From a virus: a DNA stretch of 64,000 bases. The translations under genes were made by a program, and so were the position numbers. The stretch lies in the IMG/VR virus record IMGVR_UViG_3300025648_000012, positions 78,722 through 142,721 of that record. One strand, 5' to 3'. The stretch's first letter is position 1, and each line of letters begins with the position of its first letter. This document shows positions 45,748 to 55,417 of the stretch, one piece after another. Under the pieces are notes generated by a model. It was not told the origin of the DNA. It saw only the letters and a program-made list of their open reading frames with translations, and made no database searches.

Positions 45748-48474
45748 ATGAACATACTGCAACTACTGCTACCTACAGTACCTTTTGGTCAACCCTATTC
45801 AACTAATATATCCATTGACCCCAATTCTTTGCCTTCCGGTGGACTACTCACAACTGGAAGCTCTCAAATAAAATCTTTTACTGTAACTATTCCAACAAAT
45901 TTACCACCTGGAATAGGTTATACTGTCGGGGGCTATTCTTTAAGTCAGCTCAATGTTACAGTAAATTCAACTGGCCCCTACACGTTGAATGGTTCTCCTA
46001 ATAATACTCTATCAGGGAATTCCTATGTAATTCCTGTTTCTATAGTGGGCGGTTTCATAGTTCCTCCAACTATTACTTTAACTGGAGTGTGCAATACTAC
46101 TGGACTGTATACTGGTAATCAATTTATAATTACTGCAAATACTACCGCAGGTGGTTCAGTTGACTTATATGGTAATGCTACAATTCCTACTGCTTCTACA
46201 TATTCTTCAACTCAAACTTATACTTTAACCTGTATTCAGCAGATAAATTTATCAAATTTAACTGTGGATCAGGGGGATTTTGTAACTCAGTTGCAAACAG
46301 CTTTAGCCAACAAGCAATCTTGGGCTGGAAACCTAACTACAGAAACTTCTGAAACAATAATTGAATTAGTTGCGACCATTGCTGCGTTTGACTCTACTCG
46401 AGTAATTAGAGCAACAGAAAACGCATTTCCGCAATTAGCTCAAAATGATGCTGCAATACTTGCTGGGGCAATTCTTTCAGGAGTTAGATTAGCCAGAAAG
46501 TTACCTGCTCAAGCTTTGGTAAATTTAAGCAATACTGCATCAACTTCAATTACTATTTTGCCTTATACTCAATTCTCAGGTGCAGGTGCACAGTGGTTTA
46601 ATACTCAAACAATAACCATTCCAGCGTTAGGAAGTATTGCTAATGTTGCGCTTTATGAAGGTACAATAAACATTACTTATGGCACTGGAACTGGTAAACC
46701 CAACCAAATGTGGATATCTAATGAGGATTCATTCACAATTTCTGACCAAGATGTAGTAATTAAAGTAAATGGAACTGTTTTAGAAAAAACGTTTGGTGGA
46801 TTATGGAATGCTGCAGGAACAAGTGCGTATGGAGAATTTACACTAAAAGATGGAAGAGCAATTGCACAGTTTGGTACCGCTAGTTATGGATATTCCCCTG
46901 CTACTTCTGATACTATTGCAATTCAATACTGCGTTACTTCTGGATCTTTAGGAAATACACTTTCTACTATTGGTTCTTCAGTAGTGACCGTAGCTTTGGT
47001 TGGGGCAGCCTCTCAAGCTGTGCCTTATCCTACCATATCTGGTACTTTTGTAACAAATCCATCGGGTGGAGCGGATGAACTCCCAGCATCAACTTACAAA
47101 ACTATTAGCGCTGGCTCTTTTGGAACTTATGGTTCAGCAGTAACTAAACCACAGTTACAAAGTATAGCCAAAAACTATCCCGGAATAGCAGACGTTATAG
47201 TAAAAGTTCAAAGAGACATAGATCCCTCCTCTTTATACTTGATGAACACTGCTCAAGTATCCCTACTGCCTACTGGAGGGGTAACTTGGACACAAGCACA
47301 AACTTCTGCATATTTTAATTATTTGAACCAAAACACGATGTACTCAACTCAATACGTACTTATTACTCCTTCAGCTATTCCAGTAGTAGTTGCTGCAAAT
47401 GTGTACGTTATAAATACGGTTCAATCGTTGGCTGCAATTCAAGAAACACTTACTAATGCAATTACTGCGTATTTATCTCCAAGAACCGGAATACTTGGGT
47501 TAAATATGTACTTATCTGACTTAGATACTCTAATTAAAAATGCTGCTCCTGGTGTAGTTGATTACGTCGATATTGTGTACCCTACAGCGGATATGCTCGT
47601 AACAGCCCCCTCAACTCCTCCCATTTTGTACGCACTTAACCCAACAACGCCAACTGCTGGAGTATCAGCATTAACCACCGGAGCGTATGCGTACTCTGTT
47701 GGAGTGAGCGCAGTATCTCCAGTGTTTACTGGCAATACTTTCACAGTAGGAGCTGGGGGTGCTTCTTTATCTTCTGCACAATCCGGTTACTTTGTAGAAA
47801 TTACGTATAGTGGATCCGCAAGCCCCATTGCTCTCCCTAGTCCAGGGGGAAATTCTGGTGTGTCTTACACAATTTACAACCAGAATACATTGAGCTCCAC
47901 AATAACCACTGCGTCAGGAGCAATTATTTTATCTGGAGTATCAAGCACCTCCATAGGAGTAGCGCCAAATACTGAAGTATATTTAGTATCAGACGGCACT
48001 AACTGGTTGGCTACGGTTGGAACTTATAATTTAGACGTAGGAGCGCCTAGTTCTTGGGTTTATCCAGTGTATGGAACAAGTTTGGCAAATGGTACTCAAT
48101 ATATTGATCTTACTTGGCCTATAACTACGGGGCAATCCTATACTGTTTATGGAAGAACAGCAACATTGTCGAATACCATTGGAGTATTGGCTACAATATC
48201 CGCATCACAAGTTGCTTCTCTAGTGGCAGCCGGAGTAACTCCTGGACCTTCAACTTCAACCAGCGGCTCTCCAATAGTTATAGCAACTCCTTTTTGGGTA
48301 TCTAATATTGGAAGACTATCCTTTAGAGATAACGGAATGACTCCCGTTGCACCAATTCCAAGTTTAACTGGAATAACTAACGTTGGAGTAAGATACAATA
48401 GTTTAGCAACAACTGGCTTACCAACAGGCATATCTTCAAATCCATACATAAATGTGTATTATACGAGTAGGTAA
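45748..48474 (+). CDS. Baseplate wedge protein (gp6/gpJ-like) with extra N- and C-terminal domains
   Basis: IELVA, ENAF..LAQ, QFG..., Y..TSG..GN, GGADE, AVT......YPG. Confidence 0.85.
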   Translation: MNILQLLLPTVPFGQPYSTNISIDPNSLPSGGLLTTGSSQIKSFTVTIPTNLPPGIGYTVGGYSLSQLNVTVNSTGPYTLNGSPNNTLSGNSYVIPVSIVGGFIVPPTITLTGVCNTTGLYTGNQFIITANTTAGGSVDLYGNATIPTASTYSSTQTYTLTCIQQINLSNLTVDQGDFVTQLQTALANKQSWAGNLTTETSETIIELVATIAAFDSTRVIRATENAFPQLAQNDAAILAGAILSGVRLARKLPAQALVNLSNTASTSITILPYTQFSGAGAQWFNTQTITIPALGSIANVALYEGTINITYGTGTGKPNQMWISNEDSFTISDQDVVIKVNGTVLEKTFGGLWNAAGTSAYGEFTLKDGRAIAQFGTASYGYSPATSDTIAIQYCVTSGSLGNTLSTIGSSVVTVALVGAASQAVPYPTISGTFVTNPSGGADELPASTYKTISAGSFGTYGSAVTKPQLQSIAKNYPGIADVIVKVQRDIDPSSLYLMNTAQVSLLPTGGVTWTQAQTSAYFNYLNQNTMYSTQYVLITPSAIPVVVAANVYVINTVQSLAAIQETLTNAITAYLSPRTGILGLNMYLSDLDTLIKNAAPGVVDYVDIVYPTADMLVTAPSTPPILYALNPTTPTAGVSALTTGAYAYSVGVSAVSPVFTGNTFTVGAGGASLSSAQSGYFVEITYSGSASPIALPSPGGNSGVSYTIYNQNTLSSTITTASGAIILSGVSSTSIGVAPNTEVYLVSDGTNWLATVGTYNLDVGAPSSWVYPVYGTSLANGTQYIDLTWPITTGQSYTVYGRTATLSNTIGVLATISASQVASLVAAGVTPGPSTSTSGSPIVIATPFWVSNIGRLSFRDNGMTPVAPIPSLTGITNVGVRYNSLATTGLPTGISSNPYINVYYTSR

Positions 48475-48476
48475 CT

Positions 48477-51400
48477 ATGCTACAAATTGATGCTAATCAG
48501 TTTCAAATTTACCAACCAGTAGGAGTAACTTTTAGCCTACAACCTTCCTTTTTAATTTTAGGAGGAAGTGGAAGCTACTCTTACGCTTCTTCTGGGCTTC
48601 CTTCTGGAGTCTCCATGTCTTCAACTGGAACTATCTCTGGGAAAGTTTCCGTTGCGTACCAAGGCGATTTTACAGTAACAGTTATGGATTTAGTTACTAA
48701 TTCACAAATTACAGCCACTTTTGACTATTACTTTGTAAATACTCTGTTTAACTACACAAATAATGCTCCTACATCAAGCCCTACTCTCAATAGAAGGCAG
48801 TTTTCAAAGCTAACTAGGCAAATTTTACTTCCACCCTATTTAGAAACGGCTTACTTTTTAGATCTATTAGGTGTTATTGACTTTGTATTTGACGCTAATC
48901 TTGATGCTCCAGTAGAGGCGTTAGAAAACATAAGAAATCCATATTGGAGCGGGCCAGGAGCTGAAGCCAAAATTGAAACACTGGATAACTCTACAGTGGA
49001 GTTACAATTTCCTGCTTGGGTTTCCTTGGCAGCTTCTACTGTAATTTCCACTTTGCCTGCTGGAACTTATGCCTACCAAGTTGCTCCCGTGTTTGCAAAC
49101 AACACCATAGGACCGGCAAATAGTTTAATGGAAGTATCTGTGGGGCGGCTAATTTCTCCTTCTTTAACCTGGACTGCTGTACCAAATGCTGTTAGTTATA
49201 ACATATATGGAAGAACAGAAGGCAATTTAGGATTACTTGTTAATGTACCTTATTCTGTACTATCTTACACAGATACAGGTGCAACCACACCAGTTACTGG
49301 TGGGTATATACCTTCACCATACCCTTATCCTAAACTATTGGATGAAACTGACTTATCTTCCGTAGATAGAACAACCCTTGTTCAACAAGTTAACTTACTT
49401 GGAATAAAGCTGCAATCAATTGGAGTTTTAGATGACTCCTCATACCGCTCGTTGTTGAGATTTTTAGGAAAATACTGGTTTCAAAAAGGTACAAAAGCCG
49501 CTATTGACTTTTTGAACTATGCACTCAATATCAATTTAGCCATAGATCAGCTATATGCAAACACTACAGCTAATTACTTAACTAAGATATATTCTGTGGG
49601 AGCAGTTTCTACCTTTGCTACTGGGTTGTCTGGACCTGCAGCCATGGTAAAGGATAACTCTGGAAACATCTATGTTGCGAATTACCAAGGTGGCAACACC
49701 ATATCTAAAATAACCCCAGCGGGAATAGTATCCACCTTTGCCACCGTACAGTCTCCCCCTTACGCACTAGCCATTGATTTAACTACTAATACTCTCTATG
49801 TAGGCTATGGACCTAATTATCCTTACGTATTATGCAAAATAACAAGTGCGGGAGTGGTTACACCAGTCTTTGCCACAATTTCCACTACACCTTGCTATGG
49901 TCAGTCTATTGTGGTAGATAGCACCGGAAGTAACATCTACGTATCTAATGGACAAGGCGTAATTACTAGAGTAACTTCAACTGGGTCAGTAGTTACAAAT
50001 TGGGCTGGGTACTCTGGATATACAAATGCTCCTATAGGTATTGACTCAAGTAACAACGTATACATAGCAACTCCTAACACAGGTTTCACCTCCATAGTAA
50101 CAAAAATTACTCCGGCTGGAGTAATTACAACACCTTGGGCTACAATTAGTGGAATAAATCCTATTGGATTAGCAATTGACTCAAGCAATAACGTATACGT
50201 AGCTTGCTTTGGAGCCTATCCAATATCCAAAATAACTTCGACAGGAGTAGTATCTACGTTAGCTACTTTGAATTTACCAAGTAGTTTCCCAACACCTATG
50301 ATCGTAGATTCTTTTGGATATATCTATGTAGGAAACAACACAAATACTACAATAACAAAAATAGCACCAAATGGGTCATACACTACCTTTGCGTACTTAC
50401 CGGGTTATTTCCTTTGGAGTTTTATTTTAGATTCAAGCAATGCGCTATATGTTTCTAATGAACTCTCTTTTGCGGGTAACCTTCCTTCAATAGTTAAAAT
50501 AACCAATTCCTCTGCAACTGCTACAATTGGTACAGCTTTAGCGAGTACTCCTTCTGCCATTGCTATTGATACTTCCGGTAACTACTACTTGGCTAACGGT
50601 GGAAGCAACACCGTATCCAAAGTAACAAGTGCAGGTGTTGTAACTCAAGTATTTGCAAATACGGGTACAAATCCCGTCGCTATTGCGGTAGATAGTTCAG
50701 GGAATGTCTATACTGCAAATAGTGGAAGTAGCTCAATTACCAAAGTTACTTCCACTGGGGTTGTTACTATAACCTGGGCTACTGTTGGAACAAATCCCGT
50801 AGCAATCACGGTAGATAGTTCTGGAAACGTCTATACTGCAAATAGTGGAAGTAATACTGTATCTAAGGTAACGAGTGCAGGGGTTGTTACAACAACCTGG
50901 GCTACTGCAGGTACAAATCCCGTAGCAATCACGGTAGATAGTTCTGGAAACGTCTATACTGCAAATAAAAATGCTAATTCCATATCTAAAGTAACAAGTG
51001 CTGGTGTAGTTACTCTTAATTGGGCTACTACGGGCACAAGTCCAAGCGGAATTGCCATTGATAGCTCAGGTAATGTCTATACTGCAAATAGTGTAAGTAA
51101 CACTGTTACCAAAGTAACAAGTGCAGGTGTAGTTACAGCAAGCTGGGCTACTACTGGAGCTACTCCCTCGTCCATTGCAGTTGATAGTTCTGGAAACGTC
51201 TATACTGCAAACTATGGAGCAAACACTTTAACTTTCATTACTCCATTAGGAACTTCTACTACTCCTTATGCAACCTTTACATCATCCGTAGGACCATTAG
51301 TAGTGGATAGCTCGGGTACCGTCTATACAACAGAGCAATCCATTGGAACTGATGGGTATTGGAGATCAGGCGATTTAACCAATTTATTAACTGCGTCTCA

Positions 51401-52547
51401 GGTAGCTGCAAATTCAAACTATACGTTACTTCAAAATGTAACTGTACCTTTGAACACGCTTACTCCAGCCCAACTTTCAAATGTTTGGATTCCAACAACT
51501 TTAGTTCAAATAACAAACAATACGCCATCAATATCCACTGATACAATAGTAACCCTATTTGACGAAGTATGTAACTATAATCTATGTATAAATAGGCTTT
51601 ACACAGTTCAAACTGTGGTAACTGTCTTGTATATTGACGTTTCTGGCACTGTATTAGATTCTATAGTTGGAACCGCTACCTTTCCAGACTATGCTAAGAT
51701 AAATATAATGCCATTAGCTATTGCCATTGATAGTTCAGGGAATGTCTATACTATTAGTCAATCAAGTAATTCCATTACCAAAGTAACAAGTGCTGGTGTA
51801 GTTACCCTTAATTGGGCTACTGTTGGATCAGTACCAAGTGATATAGCTGTTGATAGCTCAGGAAATGTATATACTGCTAATTACGCAAGTAACTCCATTA
51901 CCAAAGTAACGAGTGCAGGTGTAGTTACCCTTAATTGGGCTACTGTTGGATCAGTACCAGGGCATATTGCAATAGATAGCTCTGGTAACATTTATAAGAC
52001 TAATTACGCAAGTAACTCCATTACCAAAGTAACGAGTGCAGGTGTAGTTACTACAAGTTGGGCTACTACGGGCACAAGTCCAACAGCCATCGCTGTAGAT
52101 AGTATAGGGAACGTATATACTGCTAATTACGCAAGTAACTCCATTACCAAAGTAACAAGTGCTGGGGTGGGTACTACAAGCTGGGCTACTACGGGCACAA
52201 GTCCAAGCGGAATTGCCATTGATAGCTCAGGAAATGTATATACTGCAAATAGTGTAAGTAACACTGTTACCAAAGTAACAAGTGCAGGTGTAGTTACTAC
52301 AAGTTGGGCTACTACGGGCACAAGTCCAACAGCCATCGCTGTAGATAGTATAGGAAATGTATATATTGCAAATAGTGTAAGTAACACTGTTACCAAAGTA
52401 ACAAGTGCTGGGGTGGGTACTACAAGCTGGGCTACTGTAGGATCTCAGCCAGTGGATATTGCTGTTGATAACTTAGGGAACGTTTATACTGCTAATAGTG
52501 TAAGCAACACCATTACCAAAGTAACAAGTGCAGGAGTTGTACTCTAG
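48477..52547 (+). CDS. Baseplate wedge protein (gp7/P2 gpI-like) carrying Ig/FN3-like domains and three NHL-repeat blocks
   Basis: LLPPYL and Y...KGT...IDF core. About 42-aa P.AIAVDSSGNVYTAN...N.I.K repeats. Confidence 0.75.
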   Translation: MLQIDANQFQIYQPVGVTFSLQPSFLILGGSGSYSYASSGLPSGVSMSSTGTISGKVSVAYQGDFTVTVMDLVTNSQITATFDYYFVNTLFNYTNNAPTSSPTLNRRQFSKLTRQILLPPYLETAYFLDLLGVIDFVFDANLDAPVEALENIRNPYWSGPGAEAKIETLDNSTVELQFPAWVSLAASTVISTLPAGTYAYQVAPVFANNTIGPANSLMEVSVGRLISPSLTWTAVPNAVSYNIYGRTEGNLGLLVNVPYSVLSYTDTGATTPVTGGYIPSPYPYPKLLDETDLSSVDRTTLVQQVNLLGIKLQSIGVLDDSSYRSLLRFLGKYWFQKGTKAAIDFLNYALNINLAIDQLYANTTANYLTKIYSVGAVSTFATGLSGPAAMVKDNSGNIYVANYQGGNTISKITPAGIVSTFATVQSPPYALAIDLTTNTLYVGYGPNYPYVLCKITSAGVVTPVFATISTTPCYGQSIVVDSTGSNIYVSNGQGVITRVTSTGSVVTNWAGYSGYTNAPIGIDSSNNVYIATPNTGFTSIVTKITPAGVITTPWATISGINPIGLAIDSSNNVYVACFGAYPISKITSTGVVSTLATLNLPSSFPTPMIVDSFGYIYVGNNTNTTITKIAPNGSYTTFAYLPGYFLWSFILDSSNALYVSNELSFAGNLPSIVKITNSSATATIGTALASTPSAIAIDTSGNYYLANGGSNTVSKVTSAGVVTQVFANTGTNPVAIAVDSSGNVYTANSGSSSITKVTSTGVVTITWATVGTNPVAITVDSSGNVYTANSGSNTVSKVTSAGVVTTTWATAGTNPVAITVDSSGNVYTANKNANSISKVTSAGVVTLNWATTGTSPSGIAIDSSGNVYTANSVSNTVTKVTSAGVVTASWATTGATPSSIAVDSSGNVYTANYGANTLTFITPLGTSTTPYATFTSSVGPLVVDSSGTVYTTEQSIGTDGYWRSGDLTNLLTASQVAANSNYTLLQNVTVPLNTLTPAQLSNVWIPTTLVQITNNTPSISTDTIVTLFDEVCNYNLCINRLYTVQTVVTVLYIDVSGTVLDSIVGTATFPDYAKINIMPLAIAIDSSGNVYTISQSSNSITKVTSAGVVTLNWATVGSVPSDIAVDSSGNVYTANYASNSITKVTSAGVVTLNWATVGSVPGHIAIDSSGNIYKTNYASNSITKVTSAGVVTTSWATTGTSPTAIAVDSIGNVYTANYASNSITKVTSAGVGTTSWATTGTSPSGIAIDSSGNVYTANSVSNTVTKVTSAGVVTTSWATTGTSPTAIAVDSIGNVYIANSVSNTVTKVTSAGVGTTSWATVGSQPVDIAVDNLGNVYTANSVSNTITKVTSAGVVL
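49605..52544 (+). repeat. NHL-like beta-propeller repeats (about 126-bp period) in three blocks: about 49605-50505, 50520-51335 and 51708-52544
   Basis: Repeated GATAGxTCxGGxAAxGTxTATACTGCxAAT...AAAGTAACxAGTGCxGG units, some near-identical at DNA level. Confidence 0.9.
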
Positions 52548-52582
52548 CAGAACAATTTAAACAAAACAATTTTAGGTTGAGC
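52548..52582 (+). promoter_or_regulatory. Conserved intergenic motif, copy 3 (35 bp)
   Basis: CAGAACAATTTAAACAAAACAATTTTAGGTTGAGC, immediately before an AAGGAG RBS. Confidence 0.65.
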
Positions 52583-52596
52583 AAAGGAGATACCTA

Positions 52597-54732
52597 ATGG
52601 CATATCAAGTAGCAGTAACAAACACTGGTGCAGCAATGCTTGCATCAGCCATAACAAATGGACAGATACTAACGCTTTCTACTTTTGAAATAGCAACTGG
52701 GTACGGATATGACCCAACTGTAGCTTCAAATGTATCTCAAGCAGTTCCTGCCTTTCAGGGTGCTACTTTAATTAGTGGTGCTACTGTACTTTCTGTTTCC
52801 GGTAACGTTCTTACCATAGTTTGCTCCATTCCAACTACAGTCGTATCCTCTTTTGGAGAAATTGGTATTTGGGCTACTAATACGACTACTAGCCAATCCA
52901 ATATGTTTGCAATAATGGTATTTAATACCGCATTACCGGGCAGTGCATCACTTGGATCTGGAGTAACAGAAGCCTATACCATTGACTTTCAGTTAACGTT
53001 TTCGACTGGTCAATTAGCATTTATAAATACATCAAGCTCAGTATCAACAACAGTAGCTAATTGGTCCTTAATAGAAAGTACCTTACCCACTTTAGCTACA
53101 ACTACCACCATTTTAGAAGTGGGGACTGTAGCAAATACTCAAGAAGTATCTCTAATAGCCAAGGGTGTATCTAATCAATTTTGGCAGCCAGTTTCAACCT
53201 ATTACCCTGTTATTTATTCAGTATCCTCTTCGACTTCTTCGACTTCTATTGTATTTTCAAGCCCAATAGCAGTAACTTTTAGCGAAGGAGCTTTTGTAAT
53301 TAAAGGAGCAAGCTACAATACGGCGGGTATTTGGAATGAATCCTACCGTGAAGTAACAGCCATGACGGTTTCCGGTACTGGGCCTTACACCTATACTTGT
53401 ACTGTTGCTACTATTGGGCCAACAATACGTACAAATATGTGGCCGGTTGGAGGTGTAGTTACTCTATATTGCAATAACTCTTCTGCAATCGTACAGAATT
53501 TATTAGGAGTTGAGGTAGCGAGAGCACAAACTGCTGAAGCTTCTCTGTTTCCAATTAAAGGCAACTATCCTACTACTAATAGTCAAAGTTGTAATACGTT
53601 AACTACAACTGGTTTGTGGCAGATTGACTGTGCTAGTTACACTGGCTCAACTAATTTTCCATACACCAACTGCATCGGTTCAATGTATGTTCAAAGTTCT
53701 TCTTCCTATACAAATACGAGTTCTCAACTCTATAATTGGGTATCTCAGATATTCATTGATGGCAAGGGAGCATTGTATTCTCGTACGTATACTCTCATTG
53801 GAGGTTCTTCCTCTTGGTCAGCCTGGGTGTCTCCAGGAGGAGTAAGTAGTGTATCAGGATCTGGGGGTTCAACTGGGTTAACCCTAACTGGTGGTCCTAT
53901 TACCTCATCAGGTACACTTACTCTTGGTGGAGTTTTAGGAACATCTAACGGTGGAACAGGAATAAGTGCTACTCCCTCTAATGGTACCCTTTTAATTGGT
54001 AATGGTTCTGGTTACTCCTTGAGTACTTTAACCGCTGGAAGCAATGTTGTAATATCGAATGGAGCTGGAGGAATTACAATATCTGCAACGACTAGTAGCG
54101 GTGGGGGTGGAACAGTAAGTTACGTTAATGGTTCTGGGGGTTCAACTGGGTTAACCCTAACTGGTGGTCCTATTACCTCATCAGGTACACTTACTCTTGG
54201 TGGAGTTTTAGGAACATCTAACGGTGGAACAGGAATAAGTGCTACTCCCTCTAATGGTACCCTTTTAATTGGTAATGGTTCTGGTTTTAGTTTAGGCAAC
54301 TTACATGCTGGACCAAACATTGCAATAACCAATGGGTCAGGCTCGATTACTATCGGAACTTCTGGTAGCTTTGTTACTTCTGTTGATGGAAACGGAGGGG
54401 CTGTAGACTTAAGTACTTTAGCTAGTTTTAGTCATAGTTATGGTCCTGGTGTTCCTGGTTATACAAGACTACCAGGTGGACTAATTATTCAGTGGGGAGC
54501 ATTCCACCAGGGGGATTTGCCCGCTGGGCATTCCTTTGTAACGATAAACTATCCAATAGCTTTTCCTAGCTACTCTTTTTGTATAACTCTTGGAATTCGT
54601 GATGTTAATCAAACCATATCCACGGATATCGAGTTTTCGGTACAAAATAACGTAGGATTTGTAGTAGGTATGGCAGAAAGATACTCTATTGTTCAAGATC
54701 TATACATAAATTGGATATCAATAGGTTATTAG
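52597..54732 (+). CDS. Tail fibre protein
   Basis: N-terminal T..G...LA...FGEIGIW baseplate-attachment region, G/S/T-rich shaft, C-terminal GYTRLPGGLIIQWG...YPIAFP...WISIGY. Confidence 0.85.
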   Translation: MAYQVAVTNTGAAMLASAITNGQILTLSTFEIATGYGYDPTVASNVSQAVPAFQGATLISGATVLSVSGNVLTIVCSIPTTVVSSFGEIGIWATNTTTSQSNMFAIMVFNTALPGSASLGSGVTEAYTIDFQLTFSTGQLAFINTSSSVSTTVANWSLIESTLPTLATTTTILEVGTVANTQEVSLIAKGVSNQFWQPVSTYYPVIYSVSSSTSSTSIVFSSPIAVTFSEGAFVIKGASYNTAGIWNESYREVTAMTVSGTGPYTYTCTVATIGPTIRTNMWPVGGVVTLYCNNSSAIVQNLLGVEVARAQTAEASLFPIKGNYPTTNSQSCNTLTTTGLWQIDCASYTGSTNFPYTNCIGSMYVQSSSSYTNTSSQLYNWVSQIFIDGKGALYSRTYTLIGGSSSWSAWVSPGGVSSVSGSGGSTGLTLTGGPITSSGTLTLGGVLGTSNGGTGISATPSNGTLLIGNGSGYSLSTLTAGSNVVISNGAGGITISATTSSGGGGTVSYVNGSGGSTGLTLTGGPITSSGTLTLGGVLGTSNGGTGISATPSNGTLLIGNGSGFSLGNLHAGPNIAITNGSGSITIGTSGSFVTSVDGNGGAVDLSTLASFSHSYGPGVPGYTRLPGGLIIQWGAFHQGDLPAGHSFVTINYPIAFPSYSFCITLGIRDVNQTISTDIEFSVQNNVGFVVGMAERYSIVQDLYINWISIGY
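53860..54286 (+). repeat. Identical 154-bp direct repeat (53860-54013 and 54133-54286)
   Basis: In-frame 273-bp period encoding SGGSTGLTLTGGPITSSGTLTLGGVLGTSNGGTGISATPSNGTLLIGNGSG twice. Confidence 0.9.
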
Positions 54733-54745
54733 GAGATCTTATATA

Positions 54746-55363
54746 ATGTCAGTTTTATATTCGCCGTCAAAGCATGCTGCTGGTTTAGGTTCAGGGTTTT
54801 ATTTTGCTGAGGACCCAAATGCTCCAGCAGATTCTTTTTTAGTATCAGATAAGGATCACGGAACTGCTGTTGGACAAACTGGAGGATTCACCTATTCCTT
54901 CACTCCTCCGGTAGCACCAGCTACCGAAGGTACACTCACACTAATTCCACCTGTTCCTTCCTCCATAGCGGATTTGAATTCTGCAGCAGGAAATAAACAA
55001 ATTTCCATGCTAAAAGCAGCGTATTCTTCGGCAATTGCCGTTCCTGTGCAGTTTACCAATGCTGCTGGAGTTACTTCCACCTACCCAACCACCGCAATTT
55101 CCATAAATGGACAATCCTATATACAAAACTTGCAACAGTGCGTTGGAGCTGGCTCTTCTGCGTGGACTTTAGGAGTGTGGGAAGACTCCACTGGAGTAAT
55201 GCAGACTTTTACTTTTGCTGACCTTCAAGGGTTAGCAGCAGCTATTGAGGCAGTTGACGCACCAGACTGGAAAGATTTATTTACAAAAATAACATTGGTT
55301 CAATCGCTAATGACGAGCACAACTGTAGATAACACCGCAGCAATACAAGCAATTAGTTTTTAA
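54746..55363 (+). CDS. Tail fibre assembly chaperone (DUF4376-like)
   Basis: Y.PS...GFY start, W..S.G....FT.ADLQGL..A, ends IQAISF. Follows the fibre gene. Confidence 0.7.
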   Translation: MSVLYSPSKHAAGLGSGFYFAEDPNAPADSFLVSDKDHGTAVGQTGGFTYSFTPPVAPATEGTLTLIPPVPSSIADLNSAAGNKQISMLKAAYSSAIAVPVQFTNAAGVTSTYPTTAISINGQSYIQNLQQCVGAGSSAWTLGVWEDSTGVMQTFTFADLQGLAAAIEAVDAPDWKDLFTKITLVQSLMTSTTVDNTAAIQAISF

Positions 55364-55417
55364 TTTTTGAGTCTTTTTAAGGTCAAATTTTTTAAGGTCA
55401 AATTTTTTGAGGTCAAA

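Noticed and set aside
55367-55417. N-terminal MSLFKVKFFKVKFFEVK extension of the second tail fibre
   Set aside because: It is the translation of a 15-bp intergenic tandem repeat. The likely start is ATG 55418 after GAGG.
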